Part shown: positions 9,288-17,266 of the stretch, one piece after another
Position numbering within the stretch: position 1 is the first letter of the stretch
Layout of the letters: every line of letters begins with the position of its first letter
Origin: Burkholderiaceae bacterium
GTDB taxonomy: Bacteria; Pseudomonadota; Gammaproteobacteria; Burkholderiales; Burkholderiaceae_D
Direction: 5' to 3'
Assembly: GCA_034933385.1 (NCBI GenBank)
Contig: JAYFNP010000095.1
Span: 1-28,946, forward strand
Length of the DNA stretch: 28,946 bases
Made by a program: the position numbers and the translations under genes
Notes under the pieces: generated by a model
Seen by the model: only the letters and a program-made list of their open reading frames with translations
What the model was told of the DNA's origin: nothing
Database searches by the model: none

Positions 9288-11771
9288 ATGCACCGCCATT
9301 CCAGCCATGACTGGTTAAACCAACAGATTAACCCGACTCGCATCATGCTGGCGTATGCGGTTTTTGCTGCGTTGTGGATTATCGCGTCCGGCGCTTTTCT
9401 GACGTTTACCATCCAGGATCAATATCTTCAGGCCTGGATTGAAATCGGCAAGGGGCTGTTGTTTGTCGTGGTCACCAGCGTGCTGCTGAATCGGGTACTG
9501 ACCTGGCATCAGACACGCATCAAGCGCCTGACGCATCTGTATGCCGCATTAAGCCAGTGCAACCAGGCGATTGTGCATTGCGTCAGCGAACAAGAGCTTT
9601 TCCCCAAAATATGTCAAGCGGCCGTTTCCCACGATGGCATAAGAATGGCGTGGATTGGGATGGTCGATCAGGCCAGCGGCCAGGTTCGCCCAGCCGCTTC
9701 GTGTGGCCAGGGAGAGGAATACCTGCGCGAAGTCCGGATCACCACCAATCTGGCTGAACCCTGGGGCCGCGGGCCGGTTGGCACGGCGGTCAATGAAAAC
9801 CGGCCGGTATGGTGCCAGGATTTCAAAAGCGAACCGATGCTGACGCCGTGGCACGAGCAAGGACGGCAGTATGGTTTTGGCGCGAGTGCGGTTTTGCCGC
9901 TGCACAGGGGCGGCCTGCCGGTCGGCGTATTCTGTCTCTATGCCGGCAGGACGCATGCATTCGATTCGACGGCGCATCATTTGCTGACGGAAATGGCGCA
10001 AGACATCAGCTTTGCGCTGGACCGGTTTGAACAGGAAGAAGCGCACAAACGGATCGAACAGCAGGCGCGCGGCACACAATTACTGATGCAGCATTTTCTG
10101 GACAACATGCCGGGCGCGGTTTACATCAAAGACAGCGGATTGCGCGTGCTGCTGGCAAATCGCGGCTTTCAGACTTTGTTCGGCCTCGACCCGGCGGAGA
10201 TGATCGGCAAAACCAACCGCGAAATTTTTTCGGACGACCTTGGCGCGAAAATCAGCCAGGATGACATGCGCGTGCTGGCTTCCGGCAAGGCGGAAACCGT
10301 GTTCGAGGAATATCAGGGCAGGCGGTTCGAATCGACCAAGTTCGTGATCGAAGACGAGGCTGGCGGCCAGCTGCTGGGCGGCATCACGCTCGACGTCACC
10401 CAGCGCCACTTGCTGATGGCGCGTCAGCAAGCGCTACTCGAGCTGAATGAACTGGGCGCCCAGTTTCCGGAAAAGGATTTTCTGAACCATGGGCTGGGGA
10501 TCGCCCAGAAATTGACAGTCAGCGGGGTTTCTTTTTTACGTTTCATCAGTGATGAACCGAAAACCGATGAACTGGTTACCTGGTCGCAGAATGCCGGCGA
10601 AATTTGCGGCCTGGCTGATTATCCGATAACCGAGACAGGTGCTTGGGCGGAGTGTCTGCGGGAAAAAAGGACGGTCGTCATCAATAATTCTGGCGAGCAC
10701 CTGCAAACAAACGGATTGCCGGACAGCGGTACCTTGCCGGCGCGGCTGGTGCTGGTGCCAGTGATCGAAGAAGGTTCGGTGCGGATGATTCTGGGTGCCG
10801 GCCACAAGGAATTTGACTATGACGAGGCCGACGTCATCACTTTGCAATTGATCGGCAACGATTTGTGGCGGGTCGCGCGCCGCAACCGGGTCGAGGCGGC
10901 GATGCAGCAGCAATTGGCCGAGTTGAAAGGGCTGAACCAGCAGCTGGAAGAAACGCACAACCAGCTGGTGCAATCGGAAAAAATGGCGGCCATCGGGCAA
11001 CTGTCTGCCGGTATCGCGCATGAAATCAATAATCCGATCAGTTTCATCCAGTCCAATTTCAGCTCGCTGTCCGGCTACCTGGATGACTTGCTGGCGATCG
11101 ATGCCGCGTATTCGGAAATCGAGCGCAAACATGGCGCCCAGTTGCCGCAAGCATTCGAACAGGTGCAGCAGATAAAAAATTCGGTCGGACACGATTTCAT
11201 CGTTGGCGATTTGCGCCAGCTGATTGAGGAATCGCGCGAAGGAATGGAGCGGGTCAGAAAGATCGTTCAGGATCTGCGGAATTTCTCGCGGGTAGGCGAA
11301 ACCGGCTGGCAGTGGGCCGATTTGCATCAGGGCATCAACAGTACGATGAATATCGTGCGCAGTGTGATTCGGGAAGAGGTCGAGCTGGTGTGCGAGTTTG
11401 GCGAACTGCCGCTGGTGCGCTGTCTGCCGGCACAACTGAATCAGGTATTCCTGAACCTGCTGGTGAATGGCGCGCAAGCGATCGCCGGAGCGGGACGGGT
11501 GATGGTGCGCACCGGTTGCGAGGGCGACCGGGTCTGGGTCGAAATCGTTGACAGCGGCAGTGGCATTGCGCCGGAAAACATGAAACGCCTGTTCGAACCG
11601 TTTTTCACCACCAAGCCGGTCGGTCAGGGGACCGGACTCGGGCTATCGCTATCCTGGAGTATCGTCCAACGCCACGGCGGAAAAATCGAAGTTGATTCCA
11701 ATTCTGGCCAGGGAACGGTTTTCCGGGTTATCCTTCCGGTCGATTCGCAAACCGTTCCTGAAATTAACTAA
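9288..11771 (+). CDS. Sensor histidine kinase (2 TM - GAF - PAS - GAF-like - HisKA - HATPase_c)
   Basis: Two N-terminal TM helices; GAF (CQAAV..RMAWIG); PAS (FLDNMPGAVYIKD..ANRGF); H-box LVQSEKMAAIGQLSAGIAHEINNP; N box QVFLNLLVNGAQA; G1 DSGSGI; F box LFEPFFTTK; G2 GTGLGLS. Confidence 0.9.
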   Translation: MHRHSSHDWLNQQINPTRIMLAYAVFAALWIIASGAFLTFTIQDQYLQAWIEIGKGLLFVVVTSVLLNRVLTWHQTRIKRLTHLYAALSQCNQAIVHCVSEQELFPKICQAAVSHDGIRMAWIGMVDQASGQVRPAASCGQGEEYLREVRITTNLAEPWGRGPVGTAVNENRPVWCQDFKSEPMLTPWHEQGRQYGFGASAVLPLHRGGLPVGVFCLYAGRTHAFDSTAHHLLTEMAQDISFALDRFEQEEAHKRIEQQARGTQLLMQHFLDNMPGAVYIKDSGLRVLLANRGFQTLFGLDPAEMIGKTNREIFSDDLGAKISQDDMRVLASGKAETVFEEYQGRRFESTKFVIEDEAGGQLLGGITLDVTQRHLLMARQQALLELNELGAQFPEKDFLNHGLGIAQKLTVSGVSFLRFISDEPKTDELVTWSQNAGEICGLADYPITETGAWAECLREKRTVVINNSGEHLQTNGLPDSGTLPARLVLVPVIEEGSVRMILGAGHKEFDYDEADVITLQLIGNDLWRVARRNRVEAAMQQQLAELKGLNQQLEETHNQLVQSEKMAAIGQLSAGIAHEINNPISFIQSNFSSLSGYLDDLLAIDAAYSEIERKHGAQLPQAFEQVQQIKNSVGHDFIVGDLRQLIEESREGMERVRKIVQDLRNFSRVGETGWQWADLHQGINSTMNIVRSVIREEVELVCEFGELPLVRCLPAQLNQVFLNLLVNGAQAIAGAGRVMVRTGCEGDRVWVEIVDSGSGIAPENMKRLFEPFFTTKPVGQGTGLGLSLSWSIVQRHGGKIEVDSNSGQGTVFRVILPVDSQTVPEIN

Positions 11772-11792
11772 GCCAGTACATCAGCGACCCAG

Positions 11793-14267
11793 ATGAAGAC
11801 CCCCCACGACCGTTTCTCCATTCTCGACAAACGGGCTTTTGTGCTGCTGTCGCTCGACCTGGAATTCAAGATTTGCGCGATCAGTTTCGCCGGACTGCAC
11901 TGCCTCGGTTATGAAACGCAGCAACAGCTGCTTGGCCAGCCGCTGCAGGCGCTGGTTCCGAACGACCACTGGGACAAGGCCAGACTGGAAACGGCGGTTG
12001 AGCGTCTGAAACGGGATCGCGAACCGGCGTTGCTGGAATTCGATCTGTTGCATCGCAATGGCCAGCGCTTGCCGATGAGCTGGTGCCTCGACAGTCCTGC
12101 CGATCAAGATGATCCGTCATCGCCGTTGTTGCTGTTCGGCTTCGATACCACGACGCTCCGGCATAGCCAGCAAGCAGTCGCGCTGTTTCAAAGCGTGGCC
12201 GAGAATTACAGCGGCAGCATCCTGATTACCGACGCGCAGTCGCGCATTTTGTATGCGAATCCGGCGGCGCAGCGCATCATGGGCTATTCATACGAAGAAT
12301 TGTTTGGCCAGAAGTCGTCGCAGTTCCGGTCGGGCGAGACGCCGGATACGGGTTACCGGCAACTGACGGAAGCGATCAAGAACCGCGAAATATGGAAAGG
12401 TGAATTCATCAACCGCCGCAAGGATGGCGAACTGTACGTCGAGAGCAAGACAATTGCACCCATCAACGGGCCGAGCGGCGAAGTGGAATACTATTTTTCG
12501 ATTGGCGAAGACATTTCGCAGCGGCAGGAATACGAACAAAAGATCGAACGGCTGCTGATGTACGATCAACAGACTGGCTTGCCGAACCGCACTGCGTTCA
12601 TGCGCGAACTGGCGGCTGCGATGGAATCGGCCAGTTTGGCCGGTCAAGGATTGGCCGTGCTGCATGTGGACTTCGACGACTTCAAAAAAACCAATACCGC
12701 TTTTGGCAATGACGCGTCCGATCAGGTGCTGGCGGAAACGGCGGTGCGCATCAAGGAAATCCTGCGGGAAACCGATGTGGCGGCGCGCATCGCCGGCGAT
12801 GAATTTGCGGTGCTGCTCGGTTCGCGCCAGACTGGTGTCGAGGCCGACAGCTTGAACATTGCGGCGCGCCTGCTGGCGGCCATCCGCAGGCCCTATACCT
12901 TCACCGACCATAGCATTTCAATCACCGCTTCGATCGGGATCGCTTCCTTCCCGGAGTGTGGCGACAGCGCCCAGGATTTGATGACCAACGCGATGAGCGC
13001 GACGCTGCGGGCAAAACGCGGCGGCGGCAACGATTTGCGTCAGTTCGAGACAACGATGGCTGAGGATGAAAACGGGCGGCGCGAATTGCTGCAAGCCATC
13101 GAGCACGGCGAAATGGTGTTGCATTTCCAGCCGCAAGTCAGCCTGTTTTCTGGCAGCATCATTGGGGCCGAGGCGTTGATTCGCTGGAACCATCCGGTGC
13201 GCGGCCTGGTGTTTCCGGGCGAATTCATCCATATCGCTGAAGAAAGCAATTTCATCGTCGTGCTGGGCGAATGGGTGATCAACGAGGCGTGCCGCCAAAT
13301 ACGTGCCTGGCTGGATGCCGGTCTGCCGCCGGTCAAGGTGGCGGTCAATCTGGCTGCGCGCCACTTCCGCAAGACCAGCTTGCCGGCCTGCGTCGCTCAG
13401 GCGCTGGCGGCCTGGAAACTGGAGCCGCGTTTCCTCGAAATCGAGATCACCGAATACGCGCTGATGCAGGATATCGCCGCGACCATCCGCAATCTGGCGC
13501 AATTGAAGGAACTGGGGGTACGCATTTCGCTCGACGATTTCGGTACCGGCTATTCGTCGATGGCGTATCTGTCGCGTTTCCCGATCGATGTGGTCAAGAT
13601 CGACCAGTCGTTCATCAGCGACATTACCACCAATCCGGCCAATGCGGCGATCGCCCAGGCGACCATCGCGATGTCACACAAGCTTGGCAAGCTGGTGCTG
13701 GCGGAAGGCCTTGAAACGCTGGAACAGCTGACTTACCTGCGGCGTTCCGAGTGCGACGAAATGCAAGGCTATTATTTTTCCAAACCGGTGCCGGCCGACG
13801 AAATGGCCGCGATGCTGCAGCAGGACCGTCGCGCTTCGCTGGCGCTGCAAAGCGATCAACGGGTACGCGATACCATCTTGCTGGTCGACGATGAAGCCAG
13901 CATCCTGTCGGCGCTGAAGCGGACGTTGCGGCGTGAAGGCTACACCATCCTGACGGCGGAAAACGCCGCCGAGGGCTTCGCGCTGCTGGCCAAGCATCCG
14001 GTAAAGCTGATCATCAGCGACCAGCACATAAACGAAATGACCGGCACGCAATTTCTGTCGCAAGCCAGGATCATGTATCCGGAAACGGTGCGCATTGTGC
14101 TGTCCGGCTTTTCCGAAATTGCGACCGTGACCGATGCGATCAACAAGGGCGCGGCCTACCGCTTCCTGACCAAGCCGTGGAACGACGAGCAACTCAAGGA
14201 CGAAATCCGCGGCGCGTTGCGCCATTGGCGCGAGCTGTATGCCAGAGATGGTGACAACGCCCAGTAA
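11793..14267 (+). CDS. PAS-PAS-GGDEF(AGDEF)-EAL-REC c-di-GMP phosphodiesterase-type protein
   Basis: Two PAS domains (second ending in WKGEFINRRKDGELY); RETD I-site then AGDEF; EAL, EITE, DDFGTGYSS, KID, EGLE, QGY; C-terminal receiver (LVDDE, IISD, LSG, KPW). Confidence 0.9.
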   Translation: MKTPHDRFSILDKRAFVLLSLDLEFKICAISFAGLHCLGYETQQQLLGQPLQALVPNDHWDKARLETAVERLKRDREPALLEFDLLHRNGQRLPMSWCLDSPADQDDPSSPLLLFGFDTTTLRHSQQAVALFQSVAENYSGSILITDAQSRILYANPAAQRIMGYSYEELFGQKSSQFRSGETPDTGYRQLTEAIKNREIWKGEFINRRKDGELYVESKTIAPINGPSGEVEYYFSIGEDISQRQEYEQKIERLLMYDQQTGLPNRTAFMRELAAAMESASLAGQGLAVLHVDFDDFKKTNTAFGNDASDQVLAETAVRIKEILRETDVAARIAGDEFAVLLGSRQTGVEADSLNIAARLLAAIRRPYTFTDHSISITASIGIASFPECGDSAQDLMTNAMSATLRAKRGGGNDLRQFETTMAEDENGRRELLQAIEHGEMVLHFQPQVSLFSGSIIGAEALIRWNHPVRGLVFPGEFIHIAEESNFIVVLGEWVINEACRQIRAWLDAGLPPVKVAVNLAARHFRKTSLPACVAQALAAWKLEPRFLEIEITEYALMQDIAATIRNLAQLKELGVRISLDDFGTGYSSMAYLSRFPIDVVKIDQSFISDITTNPANAAIAQATIAMSHKLGKLVLAEGLETLEQLTYLRRSECDEMQGYYFSKPVPADEMAAMLQQDRRASLALQSDQRVRDTILLVDDEASILSALKRTLRREGYTILTAENAAEGFALLAKHPVKLIISDQHINEMTGTQFLSQARIMYPETVRIVLSGFSEIATVTDAINKGAAYRFLTKPWNDEQLKDEIRGALRHWRELYARDGDNAQ

Positions 14268-14281
14268 TGACGGATTTCTCC

Positions 14282-14355
14282 GGGGTATAGTTCAAAATAT
14301 ACCTTTACCGCCAGATGTTCTGCGGCAGTTTCAATATACATCCACCAGTATATTT
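14282..14355 (+). repeat. Conserved ~75-bp intergenic element, copy B
   Basis: GGGTATA at 14283, GCCAGAT at 14310 (+27), GCGG at 14322 (+39), AATATAC-ATCCACCA-GTATATT with right arm at 14348 (+65). Has an extra exact AAAATATAC half-site at 14294-14302. Confidence 0.88.
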
Positions 14356-14371
14356 CCCAGTGCGAAAACGG

Positions 14372-14929
14372 TCACAGCCGTTCGGTGACGATGTGATCGA
14401 GCGCGATGTCGCGCGGGCCGGGTGTGAATTCGATTGCCTGACAGGAGTATGCGATACCCAGCGTCAGCGGTCGCGGCGATACCGCCAGCGTGCGGTCGTA
14501 AAATCCGCCGCCATAGCCGAGGCGGAAATTCCCGGCATTGAACCCGACGCACGGCACTAGCAGCGCTTGCGGCAAGGCAACCAATCGTTTTTCGGCTGGC
14601 GTCGGCACGCCGAACGCATCGTTGATCATCGAATCGCCTGGTTTCCAGGCAGCGAATTCCAGCGGGCGGGCCTTGCCGGCGACCACCGGCAGTGCCAGCG
14701 CGATGCCAGCCGCTGCCAGACGTTCGTACAGAGCCAGCAAATCCGGCTCGCCGCGGATCGGCCAGAATACGCCGAGCGTTTCGACCGGCTGCGCCTGCAA
14801 GCGCTGCTCGAGTTGTGCTGCAATCGCGGCATCCCATTCGCTTTTCTGCGACGGGCCAATCGCATGCCGCGCGTTCAGCAGCATCCGCCGCAACGCGCTC
14901 TTTTCAATCATGCTTGGTGGTAAACTCAT
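14372..14929 (-). CDS. ygfA: 5-formyltetrahydrofolate cyclo-ligase
   Basis: KSALRR, FWPIRGEPDL, LVPCVGF, RLGYGGGFYDRTL and D..LDHIVTE motifs. Confidence 0.92.
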   Translation of the reverse strand: MSLPPSMIEKSALRRMLLNARHAIGPSQKSEWDAAIAAQLEQRLQAQPVETLGVFWPIRGEPDLLALYERLAAAGIALALPVVAGKARPLEFAAWKPGDSMINDAFGVPTPAEKRLVALPQALLVPCVGFNAGNFRLGYGGGFYDRTLAVSPRPLTLGIAYSCQAIEFTPGPRDIALDHIVTERL

Positions 14930-14948
14930 AGCTCAACTCTATTCCATT

Positions 14949-16883
14949 ATGAGAAGTACGTTGTTACATTGGCCGAAAACTGTCGGGCTGGCGCTGTGTG
15001 CCGCCGCCATCGTGGCCCTTCCTCAGGTTCAGCTCGCGCAGGCGTCTGAACTGAGTGGCGCCGATCAAACCTTCATTGCGTTGCGCGAGGCGGCGCGCCG
15101 GGATCGGGCAGACAAGGCGGCCGAACTGGCCGACCGCCTGCGCGATTATCCCATACCGTCGTATGTCGAATATTACCGCTTGAAGACGCGCGTCAAGGAT
15201 TTGCCCGAGGCAGACATCCGCTCGTTCCTGACGCGTCATGCCGGCAGCGCGATTGCTGACCGGTTGCGCAACGACTGGCTGCTGGAACTGGGGCGGCAGC
15301 GTGAGTGGGCGACGTTCGACCAGCAATATCCGCAATTCGTGCTGCAAGACGACGTGCAGGTCAAATGCTATGCGCTGCTGTCGGGCGCAGCGAAAGGCAA
15401 AAATGTTGCCGGCGAAGCGCGGGCTTCGCTGACCCAGCCGAAAAAATACGGCGAGGCTTGCATCGCGCTGATCACCACGCTGGCGCAAAACGGGCAATTC
15501 AGCGCCGACGATGTCTGGGCACAAATCCGGCTGGCCGGCGAGGCTGGCACTGGCAGCGTTGCCGAGAAACTGGCGCCGGCGGCCGATGCCGATAAAAAAC
15601 AGGTGGCGCGCGCGGTCGATCTGCCGCTGCTGACGCTGGCGCGCGGGCCGCAAACCAGCCGTGCCGCCCATGAAACCTTTGTTATCGCGCTCGGCCGGCT
15701 GGCGCGCAAAGATCACGAACAGGCGGCCGCTTACGTGCTGAAGCATGAGGCCGGCAAATTGACACCGCAGGAACAGGCACAGGCCTGGGCGCAGATCGCG
15801 CAGCGGGCAACTTTCAGCCTGGCGCCGGAAGCGATCACTTACTGGCAAAAGGCGGGCAATGCGCCGTTGTCCGAAGAGGGAGCGCAATGGAAAGTGCGCG
15901 CCGCGTTGCGTGTCGGCGACTGGAAGATGGTCAAAGACGCCATCAACGCGATGCCGCCATCGCTGCAACGCGATCCGGCCTGGGTTTACTGGAAGGCGCG
16001 AGCGCTGCAAGCCGAAGGCCAGCGCGAACCGGCGCAGCAACTGTTCCAGTCGATTGCCGCCGTGCCGGAATTCTATGGCCAGCTGGCGCTGGAAGAACTG
16101 GGGCAGAAAATAAGCATTCCGCCACGGGCGCCGGCCGCGACCAGCGCAGAAATCGCGTCGATGGCGGCGAATGCCGGCTTCCAGCGCGCCCGCAAGATGT
16201 ACGACCTGGGCTTGCGCTTCGAAGGCGGGCGCGAATGGAACTGGGAATTGCGCAAGATGAACGACCGCCAGTTGCTGGCGGCGGCCGAGTATGCGCGGCA
16301 AATCGGCTTGCTCGACCGGATGGTGAACACTTCCAGTCGCACCAGGCGTGAAGCCGACTACACCCAGCGTTTCCCGACGCCGTATCGCGAGCTGATGCAG
16401 GCCGAGGCGAACCAGCAAGGCATCGATCTGGCCTGGGCGTACGGCTTGATCCGTCAGGAGTCGCGCTTCGTGATGAATGCCCGTTCGCATGTCGGCGCCG
16501 CTGGCCTGATGCAATTGATGCCGGCGACCGCCAGGCACGTCGCGAAGAAGATCGGCCTGGCCGGCTTTAGCCAGGAACAGGTGAACGATCCGGCGACCAA
16601 CATCAAGCTTGGCACCAGTTACCTGAAGATGGTGCTCGACCAGCTCGACGGTTCGCAGGCGATGGCTTCGGCGGCTTATAACGCCGGCCCGAAGCGGCCG
16701 CGTGCCTGGCGCAAGACGCTGGCCCAGCCGGTTGAAGGCGCGATTTTCGCGGAAACGATTCCGTTTGCCGAGACGCGCGGCTACGTGAAGAACGTGCTGT
16801 CGAACGCCACCTATTACGCCGCGCTGTTCGAAGGCCGGCCGCAGTCGCTGAAGGCGCGGTTGGGCACGGTCACGGCCAACTAG
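14949..16883 (+). CDS. slt: Soluble lytic murein transglycosylase (Slt70-like)
   Basis: Signal peptide from ATG 14949 (MRSTLL...AQA), long helical region, and C-terminal SLT domain with LIRQESRF, GAAGLMQLMP, AAYNAGP and ETRGYVKNV. Confidence 0.92.
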   Translation: MRSTLLHWPKTVGLALCAAAIVALPQVQLAQASELSGADQTFIALREAARRDRADKAAELADRLRDYPIPSYVEYYRLKTRVKDLPEADIRSFLTRHAGSAIADRLRNDWLLELGRQREWATFDQQYPQFVLQDDVQVKCYALLSGAAKGKNVAGEARASLTQPKKYGEACIALITTLAQNGQFSADDVWAQIRLAGEAGTGSVAEKLAPAADADKKQVARAVDLPLLTLARGPQTSRAAHETFVIALGRLARKDHEQAAAYVLKHEAGKLTPQEQAQAWAQIAQRATFSLAPEAITYWQKAGNAPLSEEGAQWKVRAALRVGDWKMVKDAINAMPPSLQRDPAWVYWKARALQAEGQREPAQQLFQSIAAVPEFYGQLALEELGQKISIPPRAPAATSAEIASMAANAGFQRARKMYDLGLRFEGGREWNWELRKMNDRQLLAAAEYARQIGLLDRMVNTSSRTRREADYTQRFPTPYRELMQAEANQQGIDLAWAYGLIRQESRFVMNARSHVGAAGLMQLMPATARHVAKKIGLAGFSQEQVNDPATNIKLGTSYLKMVLDQLDGSQAMASAAYNAGPKRPRAWRKTLAQPVEGAIFAETIPFAETRGYVKNVLSNATYYAALFEGRPQSLKARLGTVTAN

Positions 16884-16899
16884 GCAGCAGCCTCGGTGC

Positions 16900-16974
16900 C
16901 AGAAATACACTGCACAGTATTTTTGCATGGCCGCAGAATGCGTGGCCAGGCAGCATATTTTCAGCATATACTCC
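16900..16974 (-). repeat. Conserved ~75-bp intergenic element, copy E
   Basis: Minus strand: GAGTATA from 16973, AAAA +12, GCCA +27, GCGG +39, AAAAATAC-TGTGCAGT-GTATTTCT with right arm at +65. Spacing is identical to copies A, B and C. Confidence 0.82.
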
Positions 16975-17005
16975 GTCAAATCTCCGAAAAACAGGAAGCT
17001 TGATC

Positions 17006-17266
17006 ATGAAATACAACATGATTGAAGTCGAAGTGAACGAAGAAACTGCGGCAGCACTGGCCGAGCTGGTCAACCGCTGCAACGATTGCAGCGCGATTTG
17101 CGACGGCTTTGCCAGCCACGGCGCGGCTTTCGATGTGGCGACATTGCTGGCGCTGCTGGCCGAAGATGCCGGCAAGATCATCAGCGAGCCGGAATCGTGG
17201 CAAAGCGCGAACATGCGGCAGGTGCTGGCCGGACACGGTTACCTGCTTGGCCGGCTGGTGCAATGA
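17006..17266 (+). CDS. Hypothetical small acidic protein (86 aa)
   Basis: Open frame with a CAGGAAG RBS-like sequence upstream; the stop overlaps the cca start (ATGA). No family recognised. Confidence 0.7.
   Translation: MKYNMIEVEVNEETAAALAELVNRCNDCSAICDGFASHGAAFDVATLLALLAEDAGKIISEPESWQSANMRQVLAGHGYLLGRLVQ

Noticed and set aside
16900-16925. LexA/SOS box upstream of the 86-aa ORF
   Set aside because: The sequence does not fit CTGT-N8-ACAG; it is the palindrome of element copy E.
14964-16979. Long antisense ORFs (e.g. 671 aa opposite slt, 603 aa opposite aspS, 466 aa opposite the symporter, 373 and 399 aa opposite folE2/dxs, 191 aa opposite DUF502)
   Set aside because: These are shadow frames of GC-rich real genes with no recognisable motifs and Arg/Ala/His-skewed composition.
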